Source: Candidatus Woesearchaeota archaeon
GTDB lineage: Archaea > Nanobdellota > Nanobdellia > Pacearchaeales > GW2011-AR1
NCBI GenBank assembly: GCA_964651965.1
Contig: CAZYZS010000002.1
Span: forward strand, 17,164-81,163
Direction of reading: 5' to 3'
Length of the DNA stretch: 64,000 nt
A program made the translations under genes and the position numbers. Below are positions 27,435 through 35,942 of the stretch, one piece after another. Within the stretch, counting starts at the first letter, position 1. The number at the start of each line of letters is the position of its first letter. A model generated the notes under the pieces. It was not told where the DNA came from, made no database searches, and saw only the letters and a program-made list of their open reading frames with translations.

Positions 27435-27793
27435 CTTAATATCTCTCCATTGACTTTGCTGTTTTTTCCAAGCTCTTCTTTAATAGTAGAGACAGGGATT
27501 TTAGATTTTTTCAATTTTTCCAGAGCAGAAGAAGAAAAGCTAAGAGCGACAATCTTTATTTTCTTGTCTATTTCTCCTTTCCCTAACACTTTTCCTGGAA
27601 CTATAACTGCTTCACCTTTTGCTTCTTTGTTAATTTCATAAAGGTTCTTTTTTATTCTTTTTCGTGTAGGTATAGATAATAAGCTTGCTATTTCCATCTG
27701 CCCTTTGTCTTTGGCTAGCTTTATAGTTTCAACTAATTCGCTGTCTGTTTTCTTCTTTATTCTTTCCTTTATTTTTGTTTTGCTTATTGTCAT
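27431..27793 (-). CDS. rpl18e: 50S ribosomal protein L18e
   Basis: IVPGKVLGKG, ALSFSSSALEKL; operon position. Confidence 0.95.
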   Translation of the reverse strand: MTISKTKIKERIKKKTDSELVETIKLAKDKGQMEIASLLSIPTRKRIKKNLYEINKEAKGEAVIVPGKVLGKGEIDKKIKIVALSFSSSALEKLKKSKIPVSTIKEELGKNSKVNGEILR

Positions 27794-27809
27794 GTTGAAA
27801 ATTATGGAG

Positions 27810-27905
27810 TGCGGGGAGAAGGGATCGAACCTTCGCAGGCACTAAGCCACATGGTTTCTACAAGCTGCCTTAGCCATGCCCGTTTGACCGCTCCGGCATC
27901 CCCGC
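27810..27905 (-). tRNA. tRNA-Leu, apparent anticodon AAG, 12-nt intron at 37/38
   Basis: GCGGGGA...TCCCCGCA; CATGG-CTAAGG[CAGCTTGTAGAA]A-CCATG; Leu-type variable arm. Confidence 0.85.
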
Positions 27906-27941
27906 GTACTTAAAAACAATACGCGAGGCTTTTAAAAAGCT

Positions 27942-28706
27942 TTACTTTAAGCTTTTAGATAACTCTTTTAAGCTATCGTTGAGCTGGTCAATAGCTTTGG
28001 TAAAGATTTCCTCTGCTTTAATCTGGCCCCATGATTCAATGAAGAACATCAATTCAGGAGCCTTCTCTACCTTTATTGCGTTGCGACTATTCTTTTTGCA
28101 AGCCTCAACACATGCTTCGCATAAATCGCATTTATAAACATCTTTTATTTTGGCCTTGCCTTTTTCTATTTCCAGTATTTTTTGCGGGCATGCTTCTACG
28201 CATTTTTTACATTCATCACACTGGCCATCTACTTCAACTTTAGCAAGGTTTCTGTAGTATACCAACCCAGGAGAGTATTTGCTGTGTTCAATTCCTTTCC
28301 CTAGTCGGGCAGTGGCAACCAATTCCAGTTCCTGGTATTTATTTAAGAGAGTTATCGGAATGTCTTCATAGACTACATCTGCCCCACCTTTTAAGTCTTT
28401 AGAATAAACTGTTGTAGGGCCTTTTATTTGCAGCTTCATATTAACGCTACACTTTCCGCATCCTTTTCCATTGCAGCTGCATTTTTCTTTTTCTTTGATT
28501 GTTTTTTCTGCTACCAATGGTACAAGGCCCAGCCTGTGAGCAAGGACTTCATCGTACAATGCAGAGTCGTTTTTGTAAATTTCTACTTCATCGATTGCTA
28601 GAACGGGTATTTCTAATGCAGATCTCCTTATGGTATTTGCTAGGCTTTCAGACATATCTGTAATCATGCTTACCTTTTCTTTGTTCTTTGATATTATCTT
28701 TATCAT
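27942..28706 (-). CDS. rpoD: RNA polymerase subunit D (Rpo3) with Fe-S domain
   Basis: ANTIRR..LEIPVLAIDEV, DEVLAHRLGLVPL, CDECKKCVEACP. Confidence 0.97.
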   Translation of the reverse strand: MIKIISKNKEKVSMITDMSESLANTIRRSALEIPVLAIDEVEIYKNDSALYDEVLAHRLGLVPLVAEKTIKEKEKCSCNGKGCGKCSVNMKLQIKGPTTVYSKDLKGGADVVYEDIPITLLNKYQELELVATARLGKGIEHSKYSPGLVYYRNLAKVEVDGQCDECKKCVEACPQKILEIEKGKAKIKDVYKCDLCEACVEACKKNSRNAIKVEKAPELMFFIESWGQIKAEEIFTKAIDQLNDSLKELSKSLK

Positions 28707-28747
28707 GTTTATTTAATGTCCTTGTTTATTTTTAAACTCTTCTACTT

Positions 28748-29224
28748 CTACACGCGCCTTCCTCTTCGCCCGCCTTTTACTTTTGGCCCTCCTCTTGGCG
28801 TTTTGGTTGTGTCTGCGATGCTGATTATCTTCATTCCTTCTCTAGAAAGACTTTTTACAGCTGCATGAGCTCCTGGACCCGGGGCGGGATTCCCTGTCTG
28901 AGCTTTTATTCTTACATATAAAGAGGTTATTCCTTGTTCCCTTGCTTTTTCTGCAGCTTGTTTTGCTATGAACATGGCGATTGTTGGATTCGCTTTTAGT
29001 CTGTCATGTTTAGTCACCATGCCTCCAGAAACCCTTGAAATGGTGTTACCAGCCATGTCAGTTATGTGAAGAATGGTATTATTAAAAGAAGTATATATGT
29101 GGGCTATTCCAACTCTTTCTTTCTTCTTTTCTTTTATCGATTTTTTCTCTTCTGCCCCCTCTTCTTTATCAACCTTCTTCTCCTCTGCAATTTCTTCTTT
29201 GGCTACGGTAGGTTCACTGCTCAT
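28748..29224 (-). CDS. rps11: 30S ribosomal protein S11
   Basis: GIAHIYTSFNNT, PGPGA, GGRRGRRV. Confidence 0.97.
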   Translation of the reverse strand: MSSEPTVAKEEIAEEKKVDKEEGAEEKKSIKEKKKERVGIAHIYTSFNNTILHITDMAGNTISRVSGGMVTKHDRLKANPTIAMFIAKQAAEKAREQGITSLYVRIKAQTGNPAPGPGAHAAVKSLSREGMKIISIADTTKTPRGGPKVKGGRRGRRV

Positions 29225-29735
29225 TGTTCTTCTCCTCTGGAACAGCTTCTAGGGCTATTTTTGCTTCTTTTTCCTTTTTAATTTTTTTCACCAGTTCTAA
29301 TTTTATTTTGTCTTCTTCATCAACTGGGACGCGGTATGCAGGGACGTTTATTTTCTTCCCATCAATGCTTATGCTTTTATGAACAATGAACTGCCTTGCC
29401 TGGCGAGGAGTTGTAGCAATCTTTTTTTCAACCACGATGCTTTGCAACCTTCTTTTAAGATAATCTTCTTTGTCCAGTGCTAAGACATCTGCAATGCTGG
29501 CAACACTAAAACCCTGTTTCCTTAATCGGTCTACAAACTTGTCCTGTTCTATTTTGCTTTTTGTTAATAGAAGTTTTGCTTGGTTTCTCATTTTCTCTAT
29601 TGCGGAATCTGCTTTCCATATTTCCCTTTTATTTTTAAGGCCATATTTCTTAATAAGAACGTTCTCTTCCCGTATCCTTGTAGCGTCATAAAGCCTTTTT
29701 GGCCTGCTGTAGTTTTTATGTTTTCTTCTTGGCAT
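29214..29735 (-). CDS. rps4: 30S ribosomal protein S4
   Basis: YGLKNKREIW, RRLQSIV, ARQFIVH. Confidence 0.97.
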   Translation of the reverse strand: MPRRKHKNYSRPKRLYDATRIREENVLIKKYGLKNKREIWKADSAIEKMRNQAKLLLTKSKIEQDKFVDRLRKQGFSVASIADVLALDKEDYLKRRLQSIVVEKKIATTPRQARQFIVHKSISIDGKKINVPAYRVPVDEEDKIKLELVKKIKKEKEAKIALEAVPEEKNNEQ

Positions 29736-29736
29736 T

Positions 29737-30231
29737 TTAACTCTTCTTGCCTATCTTGGCTTTTTTAATAACCCCCATTGATTTGCCTTTCTGCCTGAAG
29801 TGGCTTTTTGTTCTCTGTCCTCTTGTAGGCTGCCCTGTCGCATGCCTTAATCCTCTGTAAGACCTTATCTTTTTAAGCCTTTTAATATCAAAGTCTTTTC
29901 TCAAATCAAGGTCGGTAGTAATGAAGTGTTTGTTTTCTCCGCTCTCTAAATCTTTCCTTCTGTTTAACAAAAATGCTGGGAGGGTTGGACTTTTGATGAA
30001 TTCCTCAATTTTTTTAATCTCTTCTGCGTTTAGATCAGAGATTTTCTTTTTTTTATCCATCTCCAGCTTATAGCATAAAGCATTTGCAAAGCTCCACGAC
30101 ACCCCCTTAATTTTTGTTAATCCAACATACACTTGTTTTTCTCCAGGGATGTCTGTTTGCATTATTCTCACTATCTTGGACGTTTCTTTTCCAGGTTTTC
30201 TCTCGACTTCCTTAGATTTCTTTTCTTGCAT
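29737..30231 (-). CDS. rps13: 30S ribosomal protein S13
   Basis: LTKIKGV, SYRGLRH..GQPTRGQRTKS. Confidence 0.97.
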   Translation of the reverse strand: MQEKKSKEVERKPGKETSKIVRIMQTDIPGEKQVYVGLTKIKGVSWSFANALCYKLEMDKKKKISDLNAEEIKKIEEFIKSPTLPAFLLNRRKDLESGENKHFITTDLDLRKDFDIKRLKKIRSYRGLRHATGQPTRGQRTKSHFRQKGKSMGVIKKAKIGKKS

Positions 30232-30291
30232 TTTTATATTAACTATTAACTTATGGTGAAAATGCCTTTTTTAAAGATTGCGTTTACAGAA

Positions 30292-30843
30292 TTATCCAAT
30301 AAAAAGGTTGTGCCTTTCCATGTTTTCTAATTCTTGCAGTAATCTTTTTTCAACCGCACGTTTAGGGTCTGGCAAGTTCGGGATTCTTTTTTTAATATCT
30401 TCAAAGTTTTCAAATTCTTTCTCCGCTCTTTCTGCCAATACAGCTTTCATGTGCTTTTTTCCGAAACCGGGCAACAGTTCAATTTGGTGCAATCTAGTAT
30501 TTATGGCCTCTGATTTATTGAAAAAATCCACGAATTTCCTTTCCTGTTCTTCTACCACTTTCGAAACAAATTCTTGGAGCTGAAGCTTTGCAGTTTCTGT
30601 AATTTTCTCTCTGGGTAACCTTCCAAGAATGTAATAAACTTTTTCTCGCTTTCCCTCGCCGATATAAACCTTCTCTTTTAGTTCCAGTTTGACTCCCCTC
30701 CTTGGAACCAGTTGTAGAAGTGTGAAATTATTAAGGCCTATGGCTTGGGCTATAGGCATCATCTTTTTTTCCAATGGATAGCCATAAGGCAAATAATCTA
30801 ACACAATCGCATATTCTTCTTTGTCTGTCATTTTTCTCCTCAC
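30292..30843 (-). CDS. DUF655 family putative RNA-binding protein
   Basis: YAIVLDYLP, AQAIG..FTLL, RLHQIELLPGFGKK; follows rpoF as usual. Confidence 0.92.
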   Translation of the reverse strand: MRRKMTDKEEYAIVLDYLPYGYPLEKKMMPIAQAIGLNNFTLLQLVPRRGVKLELKEKVYIGEGKREKVYYILGRLPREKITETAKLQLQEFVSKVVEEQERKFVDFFNKSEAINTRLHQIELLPGFGKKHMKAVLAERAEKEFENFEDIKKRIPNLPDPKRAVEKRLLQELENMERHNLFIG

Positions 30844-31151
30844 CTGTATTTTTTAACAATGTCCAGTACCTTGTTTGTTTCATCTTCATCTAAGCCGACA
30901 TCAACAAAGATCTTATTTAAATCTGAGGCGTCTTCTGGCAAAATATCGATTATCTTCACAATATGCTCTGATTTTAGTTTTAGCAAATTTAGTTCTTGTA
31001 GCTCTTTTTTCAGCTCTTCAGATTTCTTTATCGGTATCTTTGAGAACTTTTTAATAAATACCTCTAACTGCTTTTTCTTTTCACTTTCTTCCACATCCCC
31101 AAGTGCCTTTTTAACCTCTGCCATATTTAGTGCGGTTGTTTCTTTTATCAT
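30840..31151 (-). CDS. rpoF: RNA polymerase subunit F (Rpo4)
   Basis: KIIDILP..ASDL...VLDIVKKY; rpl21e-rpoF-DUF655 synteny. Confidence 0.9.
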   Translation of the reverse strand: MIKETTALNMAEVKKALGDVEESEKKKQLEVFIKKFSKIPIKKSEELKKELQELNLLKLKSEHIVKIIDILPEDASDLNKIFVDVGLDEDETNKVLDIVKKYR

Positions 31152-31152
31152 T

Positions 31153-31404
31153 TTACTCTAGCTTTTTTAGATGGACTGGGTGTACTATAAACTTTTTTTC
31201 TTTTCCAATCATCCTTAAATTTACTATGTACGAATTGCCTCTTTTGCCTTCTACGATTCCGGTTCTGCCCTGAATTGTCCTTGGAAAGCTGCCCTCTAAT
31301 GAAAGCTCCCTTACTATTGCTACCTTGTCCCCTTCTTTTAAATCTTTAAAGTACCTACTAAAGTTTAGCTTTCCCCGTTCTCGTATTTTCTTTCTTTTAA
31401 GCAT
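31153..31404 (-). CDS. rpl21e: 50S ribosomal protein L21e
   Basis: GDKV, QGRTGIV.GKRG, VHPVHLK. Confidence 0.95.
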   Translation of the reverse strand: MLKRKKIRERGKLNFSRYFKDLKEGDKVAIVRELSLEGSFPRTIQGRTGIVEGKRGNSYIVNLRMIGKEKKFIVHPVHLKKLE

Positions 31405-31413
31405 TTTTAATCC

Positions 31414-31767
31414 TCAACTTTTATGTAGAGCTTGATTATAGACTTTTTCCAAGGCATCTGACAGCCCGCTGTAGAGATTCTTATCTTCTGTACTCGAGGT
31501 TAAAATCCCGCCGCCCGTAAAAACATCAACGTCCAATTCATGTAGAAAGGACTTTGTTTTCTTTGATTGTCTTAACCTAACTTTTAACTCGCTGTAAGCT
31601 GTTTGCTCGCTAATCTTTTTTGCGTAGTGTCCAACTATTTTCTTAACAACAATCATCTCAGCCGGATCCAGAGAAAAACCCACAAGCACTATATTCCCAC
31701 CAAGCTTAAGCTCTTCGCCATTATTGTCACGACTATTTGGGTCTTTTCCCTTAGTCTCTACTTCCAT
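31414..31767 (-). CDS. Putative HPF/RaiA-fold protein
   Basis: Predicted beta-alpha-beta-beta-beta-alpha order ending NLYSGLSDALEKV..Q. Confidence 0.55.
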   Translation of the reverse strand: MEVETKGKDPNSRDNNGEELKLGGNIVLVGFSLDPAEMIVVKKIVGHYAKKISEQTAYSELKVRLRQSKKTKSFLHELDVDVFTGGGILTSSTEDKNLYSGLSDALEKVYNQALHKS

Positions 31768-31822
31768 AAAATATATACAATTTTCCCTTTTATAAATCTT
31801 TCTCTAAGAAATTAAAAGCAGA

Positions 31823-31993
31823 TTAAAAAGAAACAGAACCTTGGTTCAAATCTCCTTTGTCTCTGGCCTCTTCCATGTTTTTGACTATGGCTTTGAACAT
31901 TTTCTCTCCCCACACACCTCTCCCGCATACCTCGCAGAAGTCTATAACACTGGAATCTTCAATATCGCGCCTGCAGTAGATACACTTTTTCAT
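31823..31993 (-). CDS. Small zinc-finger protein (56 aa)
   Basis: Manual translation MKKCIYC...[14 protein letters not shown]. Confidence 0.75.
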   Translation of the reverse strand: MKKCIYCRRDIEDSSVIDFCEVCGRGVWGEKMFKAIVKNMEEARDKGDLNQGSVSF

Positions 31994-32051
31994 TGTAAAC
32001 CTCTTTCTTTAATGAGAACTATTTTTTTAGGTTTTTAAAGATTTGTGTATT

Positions 32052-32933
32052 TCACTCTTCTTTTTCTTTCTTTCTTTTAATAGCTTTTCTGATCCTTCGG
32101 TATATAATGTAGATAACAATTAGAACTATAACAACAATAACATAAATGTAAGTGTTGTTTGTCTTTATTAAACCCAGTTGGATGGCCTGCTCTCGGCTGT
32201 ATACTCTTGCATCTAAATTAAAGGTTTCTTCACTCTTGTTATTCAAGGCATCCATGTACCGAAGAGTTATTGGCACGTTTAATGTGGAAGGAGCATTCAC
32301 TTTAAAATAAACATTAAATTCTGCAGAATCAAAGTCATCACTGTCCAAGTCCCCGATATAAACATTTTCTGGAGAGGTTATAGAATAATACGAGGACTTT
32401 CCAATTTCAATTTCCAAGAATTTCACATTGCTAAGGCCTTTATTTATTATTTTAACTGAAACAGCATTCTCGCTTCCTTTTAATAACAAGCCTTTCTCTA
32501 TGCTGGCATCAAGAATGGGCGGAGAGTTTATAATTAAGCTTATTAAAGAACTTGATTGTTTCACAGTGCCTTCTTCATTATAAGTAATTTTTATAGGGAT
32601 CTTATAAATCCCAGCTTGAGCGTCATTCAGCGCGCGGATTTTAAAAGTAGCGTATTCGATTCTTCCGTCTTTAATCTCATCAAAGTTAAATTCAGAAGAG
32701 GAAAGCTCAGGGGCAAAAGGAACATTCGCAAGATCGAGAGAGACAGAAACATCTGTAATTTTCTCTTCCCCATTATTCTCCAAACTCAGCTCGATTATAG
32801 AAACCCTTCCAGGAGCAATTTGTGAAGGATTTGTTAAAACAGAGTTTATCGTAAGCGCATAAGCCGAAGAAACACCCAATAAAACGCAAAACATCAATGT
32901 AAGAAATTTCAATTTCATGACAATATGCCTCAA
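32052..32933 (-). CDS. S-layer-like/Ig-fold surface protein (COG1361 type)
   Basis: Signal peptide, P.QIAPG, L.N.G, YIGDLDSDDF, C-terminal TM + basic tail. Confidence 0.8.
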   Translation of the reverse strand: MRHIVMKLKFLTLMFCVLLGVSSAYALTINSVLTNPSQIAPGRVSIIELSLENNGEEKITDVSVSLDLANVPFAPELSSSEFNFDEIKDGRIEYATFKIRALNDAQAGIYKIPIKITYNEEGTVKQSSSLISLIINSPPILDASIEKGLLLKGSENAVSVKIINKGLSNVKFLEIEIGKSSYYSITSPENVYIGDLDSDDFDSAEFNVYFKVNAPSTLNVPITLRYMDALNNKSEETFNLDARVYSREQAIQLGLIKTNNTYIYVIVVIVLIVIYIIYRRIRKAIKRKKEKEE

Positions 32934-33021
32934 AACTGGTTTTTAATGTTTTTTATATTAGATTATAGCTGTTGTACCGCTAATAACAAAGGTTTATAAA
33001 CCTCCTCTTTAATAAATATTT

Positions 33022-33219
33022 ATGATAATTCCGGTTAGATGTATGTCATGTGGGAAGCCAATAGCTCATTTATGGGAAGAGTTCAAGAAGAGGGTGGAAT
33101 CTGGGGAAAACGCAAAAAAAGTTTTAGACGCGCTGGGATTGGAAAGATATTGTTGCCGTGCCGTTTTCTTAGGGCATGTTGACCTGCTTCCTTTAACCTC
33201 TAAGTTTAACAAGTTCTAA
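33022..33219 (+). CDS. rpoN: RNA polymerase subunit N (Rpo10)
   Basis: [13 protein letters not shown]...[12 protein letters not shown]. Confidence 0.97.
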   Translation: MIIPVRCMSCGKPIAHLWEEFKKRVESGENAKKVLDALGLERYCCRAVFLGHVDLLPLTSKFNKF

Positions 33220-33227
33220 AAATCTAT

Positions 33228-34127
33228 TTATCCAAACATAACCCCCAAGTCTTTAACAAGTTCATTCCACATTTTTTCACAATAGCCATGCTCGCATCCC
33301 TCTGCAATGTAAAATGATCTAGGTTCTTTTGCTTTGTTAAAGGTAATTTGCGCGTTTTTTATTGGAACAACCGTATCATTTGTTCCGTGAAGCATTGCTA
33401 AATAGCGGGGCGAAATTCCAGAAACATAGTGATCTGGGTCTATTGATAAGAGGTAATCATTTGCTTCTTGCATTGGATTTAATGGTACATTAAAGCCCGC
33501 TGAACTAATAACTATTGCGCCTTTACTTCTTTTCTCAATCGATGCGGCGATTAGAGCATATCTCCCCCCCATACTCTCGCCTGCAAATCCTATTTTCTTT
33601 TCATCAATCTCTTTAATTTCTCTTAAAACATCAAAACTCCTCAATGCATCATAAACAGCTAAATGTTGCACAGGTTCGTCTCCTTGTTTAAAAATTTGAT
33701 AATCTTGGTCAATCCATAAAAATGTTCCTCCAGTGTCTCCAACTCCTCTTTGGTCAATTGCCAGAGACGCATAGCCTTCTTTTGCCAGCTTTATCAGCAG
33801 TTTTTCCCTTGACTCCTTGGTAGCTTCTCCTGCAGGAAGGAAAACGAACCCAGGAACATTTTCCTTTCCTTTAGGAAGAAACAAGTATCCATAAATATAA
33901 GTTTCTTGGTTTTGAAAAGGCCTGCTTTTGAACTTTATTTCTCTTATCTCTACCGAATCATTTTCCCATTTTTTAATAACCTCATAGTTTGTTTTCCCTC
34001 TTTCTTCTGAATAAGCCAGAGTATTTCCTGTAACTTTGTAAATCTCTTGCTCTTTTGCCCTGAAAAAGAAAACGCCCACTAAAACAACTATCACAATAAA
34101 AATTACAACAGCCCATTTCATTTTCAT
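33228..34127 (-). CDS. Membrane-anchored alpha/beta hydrolase
   Basis: DQRG.G, GESMGG, HGTNDTVV, H. Confidence 0.88.
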   Translation of the reverse strand: MKMKWAVVIFIVIVVLVGVFFFRAKEQEIYKVTGNTLAYSEERGKTNYEVIKKWENDSVEIREIKFKSRPFQNQETYIYGYLFLPKGKENVPGFVFLPAGEATKESREKLLIKLAKEGYASLAIDQRGVGDTGGTFLWIDQDYQIFKQGDEPVQHLAVYDALRSFDVLREIKEIDEKKIGFAGESMGGRYALIAASIEKRSKGAIVISSAGFNVPLNPMQEANDYLLSIDPDHYVSGISPRYLAMLHGTNDTVVPIKNAQITFNKAKEPRSFYIAEGCEHGYCEKMWNELVKDLGVMFG

Positions 34128-34378
34128 TTTATCTTCCACCTGTTTATTGTTCCACAGCCCTCGCACCTTGTTGTTTTTATCTTGTTTTTCACGCTTTTCA
34201 CCTTTAAATTAACAGAATAGCACCTTTTACAGAACTCTTTTCTTTTGTCTCCTAACTTTATATTGTAATGCATGGCTATTTTCTTGATTTTTCTTACTTC
34301 TTTAGGGCTCTTATTTTTAATATCCTTAAAAAATTCCTCAATTCTCTCTTTTGCTTCATTTTTAGATATCTTTTCCAT
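34124..34378 (-). CDS. RNase P protein Rpp21-like (short)
   Basis: KIAMHYNIKL..KRKEFCKRC...CEGCG..NR. Confidence 0.75.
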   Translation of the reverse strand: MEKISKNEAKERIEEFFKDIKNKSPKEVRKIKKIAMHYNIKLGDKRKEFCKRCYSVNLKVKSVKNKIKTTRCEGCGTINRWKIK

Positions 34379-34430
34379 TTAGGATTTTTAAGATAGTAAG
34401 GTTTAAAAACCTGAATATTCTGTGCTTTTT

Positions 34431-34540
34431 GAAGACGGCCATAGTAATCAGGAAACACCTGTTCCCATCTCGAACACAGCAGTTAAGCTGATTACGTTCA
34501 TGGAATACTCGATTAAGGGGAAACCATGAAGCTGTCCTCG
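34431..34540 (+). rRNA. rrf: 5S rRNA (short, ~110 nt)
   Basis: GACGGCCATA...GAAACACCTGTTCCCATCTCGAACACAGCAGTTAAGC...GCTGTC. Confidence 0.9.
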
Positions 34541-34584
34541 CTATTTTTTAGAAACACTTATATACTCCAAATTCCCCAAGGTAT

Positions 34585-34658
34585 AAAAGACAGGGGGAAT
34601 CAGTTTTTTTCAGTTCGACACTTAGGTGTTACCTGTTCGCTGACCTATTCTGTCTTTT
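34585..34658 (+). ncRNA. Candidate hairpin ncRNA between 5S rRNA and tRNA-Leu
   Basis: AAAAGACAG/CTGTCTTTT, TCAG/CTGA, GACAC-TTAG-GTGTT stems with G-U pairs; TATA-like element ~34558. Confidence 0.35.
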
Positions 34659-34710
34659 TCTATTCTAGAAACAGTTACTTTTTTATACTGTCGTCTCTAA
34701 TTAATTCCAT

Positions 34711-34832
34711 GCGGGGATGCCGGAGCGGTCAAACGGGACAGACCATAAATTTAATATGGGTCCAAACTCAAGAAAACGTTTGAGCAATCTGTTGGCTTAG
34801 TGCCTGCGTAGGTTCAATTCCTACTCCCCGCA
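34711..34832 (+). tRNA. tRNA-Leu(CAA) with two introns (30/31: 34742-34765; 37/38: 34773-34786)
   Basis: BHB GGAC-AGA-CCATA...TATGG-GTCC-AAA and CTCA/TGAG helix; spliced product 84 nt with ACAGA-CTCAAGA-TCTGT. Confidence 0.88.
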
Positions 34833-34933
34833 CTTACTCTTTTAAATAATACAAAAGGACAGCAAAGCGTAAATGCGGGCCCCCGCATCTCTCTCTAGTA
34901 TAGATTTATAAATGGTAAAAATCAACCTTTAAC

Positions 34934-35503
34934 ATGACAATTAAAAAACCAAGAAAGAACAGGCTATTTCATAATGGGAATTCTCTTTCCAAAACTCAAG
35001 AAATTAAAAGCAAGGCAAGAAGGAACCTTAATGGAAAGGTAGACGGAAAAAAGAAGAATTATGTGGTTGATACTTCTGCAATAATTAATAAGTTTTTGCC
35101 GCGCCTGGCTGAAAAAGGCTTAAAAGGCAAGATTATAGTTCCAAATTCAGTCATGGCAGAGCTGGAAAATCTAGCAAACAAAGGTAACGAAGCAGGATTT
35201 GTAGGCTTGGACCAAGTGGCAAATCTGCATACCTTAAAGAAGAGGTATGGCTTCTCCTTGGAATTTCAAGGCCAAAGGCCCGAAATGAAGCATATAAGGT
35301 TTGCAAAGTCTGGAGAAATTGATGCTTTAATAAGAGATCTCGCTTTCAAGAATAGGGCAACATTAGTAACTGCCGACCTAGTTCAGGCTAAATCTGCGCA
35401 AGCTTATGGCCTAAGCGTCATTTTTATTCGCCCGCCAGTAATTGTTCCCCAGAAAAAGAGCTGGTTTCCTTTCTTAAAGAGAAAATCAAAAAATAGGAAT
35501 TAA
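34934..35503 (+). CDS. PIN domain protein
   Basis: VVDTSA, VMAELE..AN.G...G..GL, GEIDALIR, LVTAD.VQ. Confidence 0.85.
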   Translation: MTIKKPRKNRLFHNGNSLSKTQEIKSKARRNLNGKVDGKKKNYVVDTSAIINKFLPRLAEKGLKGKIIVPNSVMAELENLANKGNEAGFVGLDQVANLHTLKKRYGFSLEFQGQRPEMKHIRFAKSGEIDALIRDLAFKNRATLVTADLVQAKSAQAYGLSVIFIRPPVIVPQKKSWFPFLKRKSKNRN

Positions 35504-35781
35504 GAAAGTAAGCTAAAAAGCCCTTTCTGCACAAGAAATAAAGCTACTAATACAATCATTACCAGTGGCACATTAACAGAAGTCGCAATTATAATAATTA
35601 TCGCGCAGACTATATCGATTATGCTCGCTATACTCAATCCTATTATAAAAATAACTCCCTTAACAAGTAGAATTATTCCTAAGATCATTATAAATTTTTC
35701 AGGCAGTATATGAAAAACCCCGAATATCCAAAAACATACGGCTATAAAAATATCCAAAATACCCAATAATTTGACTAGCAT
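35500..35781 (-). CDS. Small membrane protein
   Basis: MLVKLLGILD...LLVKG...IID...LVQKG; start set to 35781 to avoid tRNA overlap. Confidence 0.75.
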   Translation of the reverse strand: MLVKLLGILDIFIAVCFWIFGVFHILPEKFIMILGIILLVKGVIFIIGLSIASIIDIVCAIIIIIATSVNVPLVMIVLVALFLVQKGLFSLLS

Positions 35782-35817
35782 AGATTTTTTAAACAATCTT
35801 TTGCTTAAAAATGTATT

Positions 35818-35891
35818 GCCCGAGTAGCTCAGCTGGATAGAGCACAAGGTTCCTAACCTTGGGGTCGTGGGTTCAAATCCTACCTCGGGCG
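35818..35891 (+). tRNA. tRNA-Arg(CCT)
   Basis: Cloverleaf; CAAGG-TTCCTAA-CCTTG. Confidence 0.95.
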
Positions 35892-35942
35892 TTTAATTTG
35901 AGGTGATAGGTTCACCTTAGATTATTTCTAAGGGCATTCAAA

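Noticed and set aside
34585..34658. SRP RNA or RNase P RNA assignment for the hairpin
   Set aside because: No SRP helix-8 GNRA/AGCAG motif and no RNase P conserved regions visible
34526..34783. 85-aa ORF
   Set aside because: Overlaps the 5S rRNA end and tRNA-Leu
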